A DNA stretch of 64,000 nt, from positions 1,405,950 to 1,469,949 of the forward strand of contig BCKQ01000001.1 in assembly GCA_001600695.1 (NCBI GenBank). The letters are read 5' to 3'. Of this stretch, positions 1 through 12,548 are shown in pieces. The translations under genes were made by a program, and so were the position numbers. Below the pieces are notes generated by a model that was given only the letters and a program-made list of their open reading frames with translations, did not search any database and was not told the DNA's origin. The first letter of the stretch is position 1. Each line of letters opens with the position of its first letter. The DNA is from Ascoidea asiatica JCM 7603 (lineage: Eukaryota > Fungi > Ascomycota).

Positions 1-3000
1 TAATATTAATAATAATCAAAATAATTTGAAATATATAGAAAACAATTTTAGCTCTCATGATGATATCAATACTCAAATTTCAAATAAAATTCAAGATAGT
101 GATGATGATTATAATAAAAGTTTATCCTCTTTTTTAGCTTTACCAACTTCTACTCCTCCTCCAACTCCTGCTCTTGCCCCAATTTTAAATCCAATTTCTG
201 CTCCAATTTCTATTCAATTGCAAAATTCAAATATTAATACTTCTCAACAAATTAGACAACCTATTTCCCAACCAATTTCACGACCTGTTTCTAATTCAAA
301 TTCAAATTCCGAAATTATTCTTTCCGGAATGAAGATTAAACCACCAAGATCAACTTCAAAATTATTTTCAAATTTAAAACAATTATTCACTTTAAGTCCA
401 ATTTCTTCTCCATTAGAAAATTCAAATAAAAAAAGTATTATAAACACTAATAATGCTAGTGCTAAAATGAATATTAATACTAATACTACTAATAATAATA
501 ATAGTAATACTCTTGAATCTGATAAGATTTCATTAGTTGATAATATTGATTCAAATTTATATTCTAGTTCTAATTCTGTTGATAATGATATTGAGCTAGA
601 TGAAGCAATGGCTGATTTAAATAATATAAATTTAGAATTATCTTTAGATCGCAATTCCCCTGTATTTGATTCAGAAATGAAACAAAAATTTGGTATTTCA
701 AGTAATATTTCTTTAAATGATTCATTTCAGAATTCAAATAATAACTATGAATATAATAATTATAATAATTTATATCAATATAAAAGTCCATTTATTAATA
801 GCTCAAATTCTAATTCAAATTCACATTCTCAAATTTTTGATAACATTCAGCACTCTTTAGATCCTTCACACAATCAATCTAAATATATATATCAACCTCA
901 ACCTCAACCTCAACCTCAACCTCAATCTCAACCTCAATATAATAATCAATCAAATATCCATTATTATCAATCTTTTCAATCTTTTTCTCAATCCAACTCT
1001 GATATTCAGTCTCAAACTGATAATGATAATGATTTACAAGTAAAAAAACCTTTGAAGGATATTAATGAAAACATTAGCTCTGGAGAAACAATAACTGAAA
1101 TGAAACAAGAAGATTTAAAAGATATAAAAGATGATATTAATGAAAACTGTTTCTCTTCTCAATCTTCCCCAACTTTAAGTGCAGAATCTGAAAATTTAAA
1201 AAATAAAGATTCATTCTCCTCAAATTCAAATGAATTACCAATACAATCTCCATATATACCTCCTCCAATTGAAAGGGGTTTAAGATTAGTTTCTTCTTGT
1301 TCAAATACTGCCTCATTATCTAAAAAACAAACAAATTTATCAAATTCTTCAATTTCAAAATATTCTCAAATTGTACATCATGAAGAATCTAATTCTCAAT
1401 ATTTAAATCAAAAAAGTTCCGTTTCTCAAATTTCTCAAATTTCTACGAATTCTAATAATATAAATTATATCAATACTAATAGTAATATTAATATTGATAG
1501 TAATATTAATAGTGTTGAACCTTATTCTCAGTATTCTTCAAGTAATTATTTACCATCTCAATATTGTAATTATTTTTTTTTATATACTTTTTTAAAAGTT
1601 AAATTAGACAATTGTTTTTTTGAAATTTAAATACTAATTACTTTTTTTTCAAGGAAAAAATTCTGGCTTTTATTCAGAGACTTTTGACTCAGATAATCAG
1701 GTTATATCTGAAGCAGAAAGACCATTAACGGCTCTATCAATCGAAAGATCTAATGATTCTTTAAATCGAAATATTCAATTCAAAAATTCTTTGAAAATTG
1801 CTGATGAACTTGATAAATCTGATACAAATATTAATATTAATATAATGCAAAATGTTTCTAATCCTAATTGGATGGAAAAAAATATTGATTCGGCATTTAA
1901 TATGGGGGAAGATATTTCTGCAGAAATTCGAGAATATGATTCAGATTTTGAATCTAGAATAATGCTAAATAATTTAGGAAAGCCTTATGTTACTGATTCA
2001 GGTTTAAATACTAATAATAATCGTATACATCCAGAATTTTTCCTTTCAGTTAAACCTTCAACATGTTCTATTTCCGATTATGAATCCCCAATAAACAATA
2101 CCGAAACAAAAATGAATTATGAATCTGCAATTTCAACTAAATCAACTTCATCTTCAAATTTTAAAAAAATTAGTTCTGGTGATGTTTTAACTATGACAAA
2201 AAAATTTCGTTTTTTAAAGAAAAATAGAAGTAGAAGTGCTTTAGATAATATAAATAATACTTCTGGTGTAATAAACACTGGTACTACCTCTAAAATAAAT
2301 ACGGCAAATACTGGTAATACTGGTAATATAGTTAGTTTCTCGAAAAATTCTCGCTTAAATTTAGATTCGAATGAAAGTCTTAATATTCAATCTACTGCAT
2401 CAATAGTCAATAATCTAAAAGAACCAATATCAGATTTTTCAAGAAAAAGCACGGCTTTTTCAAAAGATATGGTTTGTGATTTATCTTCAAATATAAATTT
2501 AAAGCCATCATTTGTTATACCTAAAAAATCTAATTTTGGAAATGAAAATAGATTAGATTCTAATGAAAATGAATGTAACATACCAAAATCCAAATCATTT
2601 AGAACATGGAAACAACTTCAATTAAGACAACATAGTGCTGCAATCTCTCTTAATTCTGGAAAATCTTTGGAAGGTTTAGCAGCTGAATATGCTCAAAATG
2701 ATTTTCATATTCCATTATCAAGTGATATTGCTGGAAAAGATGTTGAAGATGCAAGAAGAATAATTCAAAATAGTAAAAAAAGTGTTTTAGAATCAATTAC
2801 AGATATTTCATCATCCGAAATAGAAGGAGAATCTGGTAATAAATTCGATATGGAAATGCCTTCAGAAGAAGATAGTAAAACGGAAATAGAAATTGTTGAT
2901 CTACCTGAAAGAAAAGGATTAAGATATAGAACAAGATCTTTGAGATACAAATTTTCAAAAGGTAAAGATAATACATCAAATAATAAGACAGAAAAAAATA

Positions 3001-3386
3001 AACTGGAAAAAAATAATAATACAAGTTTGATTAAAAAAATGCATTCAATTAGATTTGCATCTTCTCCTACTTATGAAAATGAAAACGTTCCTAAAAATGA
3101 ACCTTGTGATAAAAATCAAACTTTGAAACAAAAATCTATATTGAAAAAGAAAGAATCTCATGAATCTCTAGGAAGAAAGTTAAGTATTCGACAATTCAGG
3201 AGGCATGAAGATTCAGTTTCTGAAAGTAATCCTAGAGAAAATGAAGTTCAAAAACCAATACAAAATGAGTCTAAAACTTCTATTGAAGAAAGTGTTGAGA
3301 AGCAAGATATAGAAATAAGTAATCATTTTTTAAAGAGAAATTGGATTTCAGGAACTATCAAAAGATTCAAAACCCCAGCCAAATGA
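1..3386 (+). CDS. Large Ser/Asn-rich low-complexity hypothetical protein; 5'-partial, one intron (exon <1..1541, intron 1542..1653, exon 1654..3386)
   Basis: The frame of ORF 26..1630 is open from the window edge. GTAATT donor at 1542, TACTAAT branch point at 1632-1638, pyrimidine tract and AAG acceptor ending at 1653. The splice gives A+GA (Arg) and continues KNSGFYSETF... in frame with ORF 1791..3386. No family recognised. Confidence 0.65.
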
Positions 3387-3589
3387 TAATTTTATCTGAT
3401 TTTATCATCTGCAAACTAAGACTGATAAAGTTATTATTTCAGTTAAACGAATATTATTTTTTATTTAGGCATTTTACAGTGATTTCGTAAACCAAATTTA
3501 TTTATTTCTTCATTTATTCATTTATGTAACATATTTAGCCAGTCTGATTTCATCACGCAGGGTGTTGTTGGGCTGGGTTATTTTATACG

Positions 3590-3665
3590 ACGCCAGTTCT
3601 GCGGCGCCTCTCTTACGTAACCAATGAGTCAGCGTCAGCAGCCACGATAACGGCTGGCGGAGGAT
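3590..3665. promoter_or_regulatory. GC-rich promoter island upstream of YPT7 with bZIP-type sites
   Basis: TTACGTAA at 3613-3620 (CRE/Yap-like) and TGAGTCA at 3625-3631 (Gcn4/AP-1 consensus) inside a GC-rich patch. Confidence 0.4.
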
Positions 3666-4029
3666 GAGTTTGCAAGTGAAGTTTGCAGACATTCTGGGCA
3701 GAATGTGTGTATCACAGCAGTATCATCAATAGTCAATAATCATCTGAATTGAGAAGAAGATAAATAAATATAAACGCATCGTCGTCAATAATATTTTATA
3801 GGATTAGATAAAAGAAATATTGAAATAGGAATATTAAGATATATATTATCAATAATAAAACAGTACAATACAATAAAATATATAATACTTTAGTTAATTG
3901 ATAAATTGATTAATATATATAAAATATTTTCTCTCTTTTTTTTCTATATTCTGGTTGTGATTTGGCTTTATCTATAGTTACTTACTTACATCCATTGCTT
4001 TTCATATAAATTATTAATTTCAATCAATC

Positions 4030-4653
4030 ATGTCATCAAAAAAGAAAACATTGCTTAAAGTGATTATTTTAGGAGATTCTGGTGTTGGAAAGACTTCTTT
4101 AATGCAACAATTTGTTAATAATAAATTTTCTCATCAGTATAAAGCAACAATAGGAGCTGATTTTTTAACAAAAGAAATGCAAATCGATGATAAAAATGTC
4201 ACAATACAATTATGGGATACTGCTGGACAAGAAAGATTTCAATCTTTAGGAGTTGCATTTTATAGAGGTGCAGATTGTTGTGTTTTAGTTTATGATGTTA
4301 CAAATGCAAAATCTTTTGAAAATATATCAAGTTGGAAAGATGAATTTTTAATTCAAGCAAACGTTAAAAATCCTGATTTTTTTCCATTTGTTATATTGGG
4401 TAATAAAATTGATTTAGAAGAAAATAAAAGAACAATAAGTGCAAAAAAAGCTTTAAGTTTATCTGAAAGTTTAGGTAATATACCATATTTTGAAACAAGT
4501 GCAAAAGAAAATGTTAATATTGAAGTTGCTTTTGATATTGTTGCTAGAAATGCTTTACAACAAGAACTTGAAAATGAAGCTGAATATAATGAAGATTATT
4601 CTGATGCTATCAATATTCATTTAGATGGTGAATCAAATGGTTGTTTATGTTAA
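4030..4653 (+). CDS. YPT7: Rab7-family GTPase Ypt7
   Basis: GDSGVGKT P-loop, YKATIGADF effector loop, [32 protein letters not shown] and a C-terminal CxC prenylation motif. Confidence 0.97.
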   Translation: MSSKKKTLLKVIILGDSGVGKTSLMQQFVNNKFSHQYKATIGADFLTKEMQIDDKNVTIQLWDTAGQERFQSLGVAFYRGADCCVLVYDVTNAKSFENISSWKDEFLIQANVKNPDFFPFVILGNKIDLEENKRTISAKKALSLSESLGNIPYFETSAKENVNIEVAFDIVARNALQQELENEAEYNEDYSDAINIHLDGESNGCLC

Positions 4654-4735
4654 TTTAAATATTAAACATCAAGAAACAAATTTTCTTATATTTTATATTG
4701 TTTTTCCTCATTACTACATATTATGTTTTATATTT

Positions 4736-4790
4736 TTTCAATTTCAATTTCAATTTCAATTTCAATTTCAATCTCAATCTCAATCTCAAT
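4736..4790. repeat. (TTTCAA/TCTCAA)n hexamer microsatellite
   Basis: Direct tandem copies are visible; they generate the spurious ISISIS ORF. Confidence 0.9.
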
Positions 4791-5593
4791 TATAATCTTA
4801 ATCTCAATTTCATCTTTAGTTATATTTTTTACTCCATATAATTTCCTTTTCCAGATTTTCGAATTTTCAATGCTCTTTTTTTTTTTTTTTTTCATTTTCT
4901 TATATTTAATTTAATCTTATCACTATAAATCTAAATCTCCTAAACGGTTTAAGTTAAATGTGTCTAATCGTTTTTTTAAATTTTTTTAGTTAATATATTC
5001 ACTACTTTTCTACAATACAATATTTTATTTTATTGCCTTACTTCTTAAATCCTTAATCATTTATTTTCAATCTTTAGTCTCTATTTTTCAATATTTTACC
5101 AGGTCGCTTGGATAATAATAATTCTATTATAATTGATTAATTATATACTAATGTTAATCAATTCATTCTGATTTCAATTCTTCTTTCAAAAGCATTTTGA
5201 TAATATATTTCAGTAATATATTCTTCATCTTTTAATTGTTTTCTTGAATATTAACAGTTACAATTATTGAAAATTACACTAATTGACCCTAAAAGTGTCT
5301 GCATGAATGTTGGATGTTTTTTTTCTTTAGACTCCAAAAATTCGCGTTTTTGGATTGTTTTCGTGTTGAGTTGGCATTTTGCTCCATTTTCAAAACCTTC
5401 AATTTTTGAGTGCGATGGCCTTAATTGAGAATTCTGAGAAGGAGTGGAAATGATGAGAGTTTCATTGGTTTTGCTAATACTTAAATAAATATCTATTCAA
5501 TTCACCCATAATTAATTATCATTAATAGCTTTTAGAAAATTTATGAATATCTCATTTCTTTTAAAAAGAACAATATCTTCCTACATAAATAAA

Positions 5594-6428
5594 ATGTCCA
5601 GTAAGTTTTCTTTTTTAAATTTTCAAATGTTCCATCTTTAAAATTATAAAATTATAAAGTTATAAAGTTATAAAATTATAAAGTACTTGACTCTGAAAAT
5701 TCATTTAGAATATGATATTTTCAATCAGATCACTTAAAGAATAGTTCTCGGATTCTGTCTTTAATTGATATAATCATTACTTATTATATCTTCAATCCAT
5801 AAAGTTCAATTGGAAATCTAACTTATTTTCTTTTTTTTTCTCCATTTTTTCTAAAAATTTAGCTTCTCGTCCAATTGTCATTTCAGGTCCTTCAGGTGCT
5901 GGTAAATCAACTTTACTTAAGAAATTATTTGCTGAATTTCCTGATAATTTTGGTTTCTCAATTTCAAATACCACTCGTAAACCAAGACCAGGTGAAGTTG
6001 ATGGTAAAGATTATAATTTTGTTACTGTTGAAGAATTTAAAAAATTAATTGAAGAGAATAAATTCATTGAATGGGCTCAATTTTCTGGTAATTATTATGG
6101 AACTTCAATAAAGGCAGTTGAAGATGTTTCAAAAGTTGCTAAAAAGACATGTATCTTAGATATTGATATGCAAGGTGTAATTTCAGTCAAAAATACTAAT
6201 TTAAATGCAAGATTTTTATTTCTTTCTCCACCTTCTGTTGATGAACTTGAAAAAAGACTTAGAGGTAGAGGTACTGAAACTGAAGAATCTCTTAATAAAA
6301 GAATCAGTGCTGCAAGTAAAGAAATGGAATTTGCTAAAACTGGTGCTCATGATAAAATTATCGTAAATGATGATTTAAATAAAGCTTATAAAGAACTTAA
6401 AGAGTTTATTTTCGAAAAAGAAGCATAA
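5594..6428 (+). CDS. GUK1: Guanylate kinase (exon 5594..5600, intron 5601..5862, exon 5863..6428; ~190 aa)
   Basis: ATG TCC A|GTAAGT donor, CTAAC branch point near 5818, TAG acceptor at 5862. The spliced protein reads [22 protein letters not shown]...[17 protein letters not shown]...[12 protein letters not shown]...LDIDMQGV...[20 protein letters not shown]. Confidence 0.95.
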
Positions 6429-6622
6429 ATAGAAAATCTAAATTAAATCCAATAATTCTATTCTATTTCTTATAATTATTTTTTATTTTTTTTCTTGTTT
6501 TTCAAAAACATTATTTACTGTATGATATGATTAAAAAATTGAAATAAAACAATATTAAACTATAGAAATACTTTTATTTTTATTAATATAATATTTAATA
6601 AAATAAAATTGAACTATTTAAT

Positions 6623-7526
6623 TTATAATTTTTTTGACTTTTCATTATTTTTATTAATTATTGATTCTTGCAGATTTGATTTTTTTCTTCGATAGATATG
6701 TTTAATTGGAGTTACACTTGCACTTTGTGGGTCATTATCAATTCTTTTTCTTTTTACTGGCATTGATTTATTTGGATCAGCTAAATTAATTTCACTCATT
6801 GGTGATTGATGTAAATGATTAAATTTACTACTTTTAATTAAAGGATGTTCTATATGTTTTCTTGCAACTTTTGAAGTTAAAAATGATACTTTAGATGGAA
6901 CTTTCATTAATTTTTCTTTTTGAACACCATTTTCATCATAATATGGTACCATTTCTTCAATGTATTCAGGTTGTATTGAATTGGAGTTTAATTTTTGGTC
7001 GAAAACCTGATTTATGTTAGAATCATCTTTATTAATAGAATTAAATTTATCAATAATAGGTGTTTGGTTATTTATATTATCTATAATATTACTATTATTA
7101 TTTGAATTATCTATAGTAGTTCTATTTTCTATAGTAGTTCTATTATCAATATGATTATCCATATTATCAGTTAGTTCTTTGGTTTTAAGAATGTTATTAT
7201 TATTATTATTATTGATTTGATTACTATTGATAATATTATTATTGATTAAATTATTTGAATTAGGATTTTTAATAATTAAAGGTGTTGTCTTACTTAATGC
7301 TAGATCCATTTCATAATCTTCAATTGAATTTTCAAAATCTTGAGTATCATTAAAATCATCACTAAATATATCATGAAAAGATTCTTGATGACTTGTATTA
7401 TTCAAGATAATAGGTTGAATATTGGCATTTATTTTTGGAGGAATATTGAATTTAGGTAATCCAGATTGATTCTGATTTTCTTTGTTTTGTATAGTTCTTG
7501 TTGAATTTCTATTAACTCCTAAAATA

Positions 7527-7584
<58 letters not shown>

Positions 7585-8575
7585 AATAATTTTCTTTAGG
7601 CTTTTCATTTTTTATTTCAATATTATTAATATCTTTTTGATTATTACTGTTATTTTCTTGAATATTTTCTTGAATATTTTCTGGGATATTTTCTGGAATA
7701 TTTTCTTGATTAGAATTTGGAATATCATTTTCTTCATATGTAAGTAAATTTTGATGATAAATATTTGGATTATTTTTTGTTATTTGAGATTTATCTTGAA
7801 TAATAGTTGAAGAATTATTAAATTTTATTAAAGCTTGTTCTTTAATTTTATTATCATCAATTGGAGTATATAATCTTTCATTTATTTTATAAGATGAAGG
7901 TTTTAAATGAGGACCAAATTTATCTTGACCAAATGGAAAATTCATATAATTTTCAGAATTAATTTGTGGATTAATTTGTGGATTATTTGATTCATTTAAT
8001 TTATTCATAACTCTTACACCAAAAGATTGTTCTTTTTCTGGATTTCTAACTAAATTATCAGGATTATAAATTATTTTACCAGATTTTACTTTTCCAACAT
8101 ATTTTATAAAATTTTTATCATATAAACAATTACCTAAAACACTACCAAAACATCTTAAAGCTCTTTTTAAACCATCGGTGATAGCTTCTTTTTTACATTT
8201 TTCAAAACCTGCAGATTTAGATTTAACATTTTCTATACAACCATAACCAACATCTTCATGAAATGAACCATCTTTTAAAGTAATTCTAATAATTGCAGAA
8301 CAACCTAATGAATATCTATTTTTATCAAAATCTACAAAATCTACAGTCATTTGTTTAACTTCAGAAAACCAACCATTGAAACCAAAAACAGAATTTGCTA
8401 ATTCTATTGCTTTCCAACCTTCTAAATAAGTTACAGAAGCATGACCATTTGGTCTTGTTGAAATATATTCAGGACCTAAAAGTTTATTCAAACTATCAGA
8501 AATTTTTTCATATTCTTCTTGTTCAAAAGGTATGAAATTATAATCTTGTTTTTTTTGATTTTCAGATGACGCCAT
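6623..8575 (-). CDS. RAD52: Recombination mediator Rad52
   Basis: N-terminal Rad52/22 domain (LGPEYISTR, YLEGWKAIELANSVFGFNGW, FHEDVGYG, KKEAITDGLKRALRCFG..LGNCLYD), acidic FSDDF motif, long Asn-rich disordered middle region. Confidence 0.95.
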
Positions 8576-8777
8576 TATTAATATTATTTGATAAACGCTA
8601 ATTGATATAATTCATTGACTTTAATTTTTTTTTTTTATGTTTATGTTTTTGAAAATTGAATCAAATTCTTTAATAACTTCAAATTGATTATAAATCAAGA
8701 TATTTAATTACAATAAATAAAAGAAGAGAAGAGAAGAGAAGAGAAATTAAAAACTATTTACAAATGGAGGTTGAATC

Positions 8778-8814
8778 CATCGCGGTAGGAATATAAAGCT
8801 TGAAACTCGCGCCA
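8778..8814. promoter_or_regulatory. CGCG-core (MCB-like) elements upstream of RAD52
   Basis: CGCG at 8781 and 8808 in a CpG-poor genome, ~200-240 bp upstream of the RAD52 ATG. Confidence 0.35.
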
Positions 8815-8954
8815 TTTACGGCATTTTGATTGAAATATAAAACAAGAGCTTTATTGTTTATTGTTTATTGTTTATTGAATATATAAAAGCAATAAAAGCA
8901 ATAAAAGCAATGAGAATATTATAATATTATTTATAGGTTGAATTCAGGTCTTGA

Positions 8955-10058
<1,104 letters not shown>

Positions 10059-10155
10059 TTACCAAAACGAACTGCTCTTCTTCTCTGTTTTATATCTCTT
10101 CTCTTCTCTCTTCTCTCTTCTCCAGCTCCAACATCTTCGGTCATTAATCTGATTT

Positions 10156-10172
10156 CTCATCATTTCTCATCG
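10156..10172. promoter_or_regulatory. Tandem PAC-like motifs (CTCATC x2)
   Basis: CTCATC at 10156 and 10166 (GATGAG core on the minus strand) in the divergent promoter of HEM2 and the Alba-like gene; this core is typical of ribosome-biogenesis promoters. Confidence 0.4.
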
Positions 10173-10435
10173 TTTCACCCCCGTGCAAAACCATCGTTAA
10201 TTTTACTCTGCTCTACAAAAATTCAAAGTGCCGTTTAAATTGCCCGCACACGGAAATATTTCTTCTATTTTAAACCTTCTCAGGTAAAAACAATGAAAAA
10301 AAAAATAATGAATTTGAATAAACATAAAAATAAATAAAGCTAAATATATTAATGATCAATGATCAATGATTAATGATAAAGATAAGTAATTAGTAAATAG
10401 TAAATAGTAAATAGTGATTCTGGAATCTATTCATA

Positions 10436-11344
10436 ATGTCAAATGAAATAAAGAATAATAAAAAACATCCACTTTCAATATCTTATTCAAATCCTGATTC
10501 AATAGATAATGAAATTCAATTAAAGAAAAAAAAATTAAATAAATCTAAATCTGAATCAAATTCAAAAGTAAATTCAAATTTAAATTCAAAAGCTGAAATA
10601 ATTTTAGATTTAGATAATTTAGATTCAATTGATTCAACTAAATTATCAGAAAAATTAATTAATTCAAATATTGATATAGAAAATTATATAAATGATTTAA
10701 TTAAACAAAAAGAAATTGATGATAATTTTTTAAATAATTATATTAATTCAAATTTAAATTATATTAAACTTTTAGAAAATAAGATTAGAATTGAAAATGA
10801 AAATGAAAATATTAATTTTTTAATAATTAAATCAAATGATAATATAAATAAAAAAATATTTCAAATTTTTAAATTATTAAATAACTCAAATTCAATTTTA
10901 TTGGTTTCTGAATCAAATTCAATTCAAAGATTATTTACAATTATTGAAATTATTAAAGAAAAATTAAAAAATAAAGAAAAAATAATAAAATTATCAAAAA
11001 AAAAAAAATTTGAAAATGAAAATAAAAATGAAATTTTTATTGAAAATTCTTCATTTATACAATTTAATAAATTCAACTCATATAAAACAAAATTAAATCC
11101 ATCATTTAATAAAAATTTAATAAAAATAAATAATTTAAGAAAAAAAAAATTTTCAACAAATGAAAAATTAAATTTCCTTTTACATGATACCATAGATAAT
11201 AAAATTTATAATATTCCAATATTTTTAATATATTTTAAAATTTATAAAAAAAAAAAAAATGTTATAAAAATTAAAGAAAAATTAAAAATTTTAATTGAAG
11301 ATTTAACTAAAAATATTAATAATTGGACTTTTCAAGAAACTTGA
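10436..11344 (+). CDS. Alba-like fold protein, possibly RNase P/MRP subunit Pop6/Rpp25-like
   Basis: The segment IIKSNDNINKKI...ILLVSESNSIQRLFTIIEIIKEKL...IPIFLIYF resembles the Alba-like pattern, and PAC-like motifs lie upstream. The protein is highly N/K/I-biased, so the assignment is weak. Confidence 0.45.
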   Translation: MSNEIKNNKKHPLSISYSNPDSIDNEIQLKKKKLNKSKSESNSKVNSNLNSKAEIILDLDNLDSIDSTKLSEKLINSNIDIENYINDLIKQKEIDDNFLNNYINSNLNYIKLLENKIRIENENENINFLIIKSNDNINKKIFQIFKLLNNSNSILLVSESNSIQRLFTIIEIIKEKLKNKEKIIKLSKKKKFENENKNEIFIENSSFIQFNKFNSYKTKLNPSFNKNLIKINNLRKKKFSTNEKLNFLLHDTIDNKIYNIPIFLIYFKIYKKKKNVIKIKEKLKILIEDLTKNINNWTFQET

Positions 11345-11352
11345 AAAAAATA

Positions 11353-12111
11353 TTAAAAATTTGATTGTGAATTTGTATTTTTACTTTTAATAAAACTTTT
11401 ATGATCTGATGGATTTGCTGCTGCCTCGTATAATGTAATTATTGGATTTTTTGTCAATTCTGTGAATTCTCCTCTTAATTCAATATAATAAATAATCATT
11501 TCATCATCATCTTCATCATCATCAGCATCATTTGAATCAGAATCAGAATCAGAATCAGAATTATAATTATCATGAGTATTTTCAAAAAATACAGTTAAAT
11601 GAGTAATACCTGTAAAAAGTCTTCTAGAAAGGTAATGTTCAACAAATGTTCTATCTTCAACTTCTTCTTCTTTCTCTTCATTATTTTCCTCTTCTTCAAT
11701 TTTCTCATATCCTAATAATGGATGTTTAATTTCATAAAAGGCCTTTTGATCACTAATTGTAGAAAAATCTAATTCTTCTTTGTTTTTATAAAATTTTATA
11801 TTATATGGACATTTTTTTATATTACCTTCAGTTCTTAAAATAATTGAAAATAATTTGATATTTGAATCAAATGGAATTTTTAAAATTATCTCTTTTTCTA
11901 AATCACTAGAAATATAATCTTTAATATTATAATATTTCCCATTACTTTTATTTTTATTAAATATTAATTCAACTTTATCTTTTTCTTGTTTAATATTCAA
12001 TGCTTCTAATTTATTAAAATTTATTTGATTTACTAAATTTTGAGATGCATTTGTTGGTATTGGCGGTCCATCATGAGAATGTGTTAAATTATGTTCATGA
12101 TGACAAGACAT
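11353..12111 (-). CDS. PITH-domain protein (PITHD1/DUF1000-like)
   Basis: His-rich MSCHHEH start, SDLEKEIILKIPF..IKLFSIILR, IYYIELRGEF and C-terminal YEAAANPSDHK, all typical of PITHD1. Confidence 0.85.
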   Translation of the reverse strand: MSCHHEHNLTHSHDGPPIPTNASQNLVNQINFNKLEALNIKQEKDKVELIFNKNKSNGKYYNIKDYISSDLEKEIILKIPFDSNIKLFSIILRTEGNIKKCPYNIKFYKNKEELDFSTISDQKAFYEIKHPLLGYEKIEEEENNEEKEEEVEDRTFVEHYLSRRLFTGITHLTVFFENTHDNYNSDSDSDSDSNDADDDEDDDEMIIYYIELRGEFTELTKNPIITLYEAAANPSDHKSFIKSKNTNSQSNF

Positions 12112-12548
12112 TTTATATTATTTATTATTTATTATTTATTATTTATTATTTATTATTTATCTTGATATTTATTTATATAATAAAGCTTTATTAAATTGAT
12201 TATTGAATTAGCTTCTTCTTTGAATTGATTAAATCAATACATAAATTATTAGATTGAAATTAAATATTCCTCGTATTATTCATCTTAATAAATAAGATTT
12301 TAGTAACGTTATTCAAAGTCTCTGTAGATCATTCGGCTATTCCGTATTTATTCAATAAATTTATATTAATTTTTTTATACCCGTTCATTTTTCAAAGAAT
12401 AAATAATTTGTCTATTTAAGAATTTTAATTACATAATTGGTCATTTTTATTTAAAAAGCAAGATTAAAAGAAATTACTTAAAGCAAATGGAATTTCAGAT
12501 CCTTAGTTTTTAAAAACAATAGTAAGAATTACACATATTTTCCTTATT

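Noticed and set aside
244-3024. Antisense ORFs within gene 1, and similar ones inside ECM32, CDC14, HEM2, the 55-59 kb gene and the F-box gene
   Set aside because: Shadow frames of real CDSs produced by biased codon usage.
5030-5250. TTTTACCAG (U5 loop-like) and a 30-codon coding-looking stretch on the minus strand
   Set aside because: Lacks the full GCCTTTTAC loop with its stem; the reading frame has no start codon or convincing splice sites.
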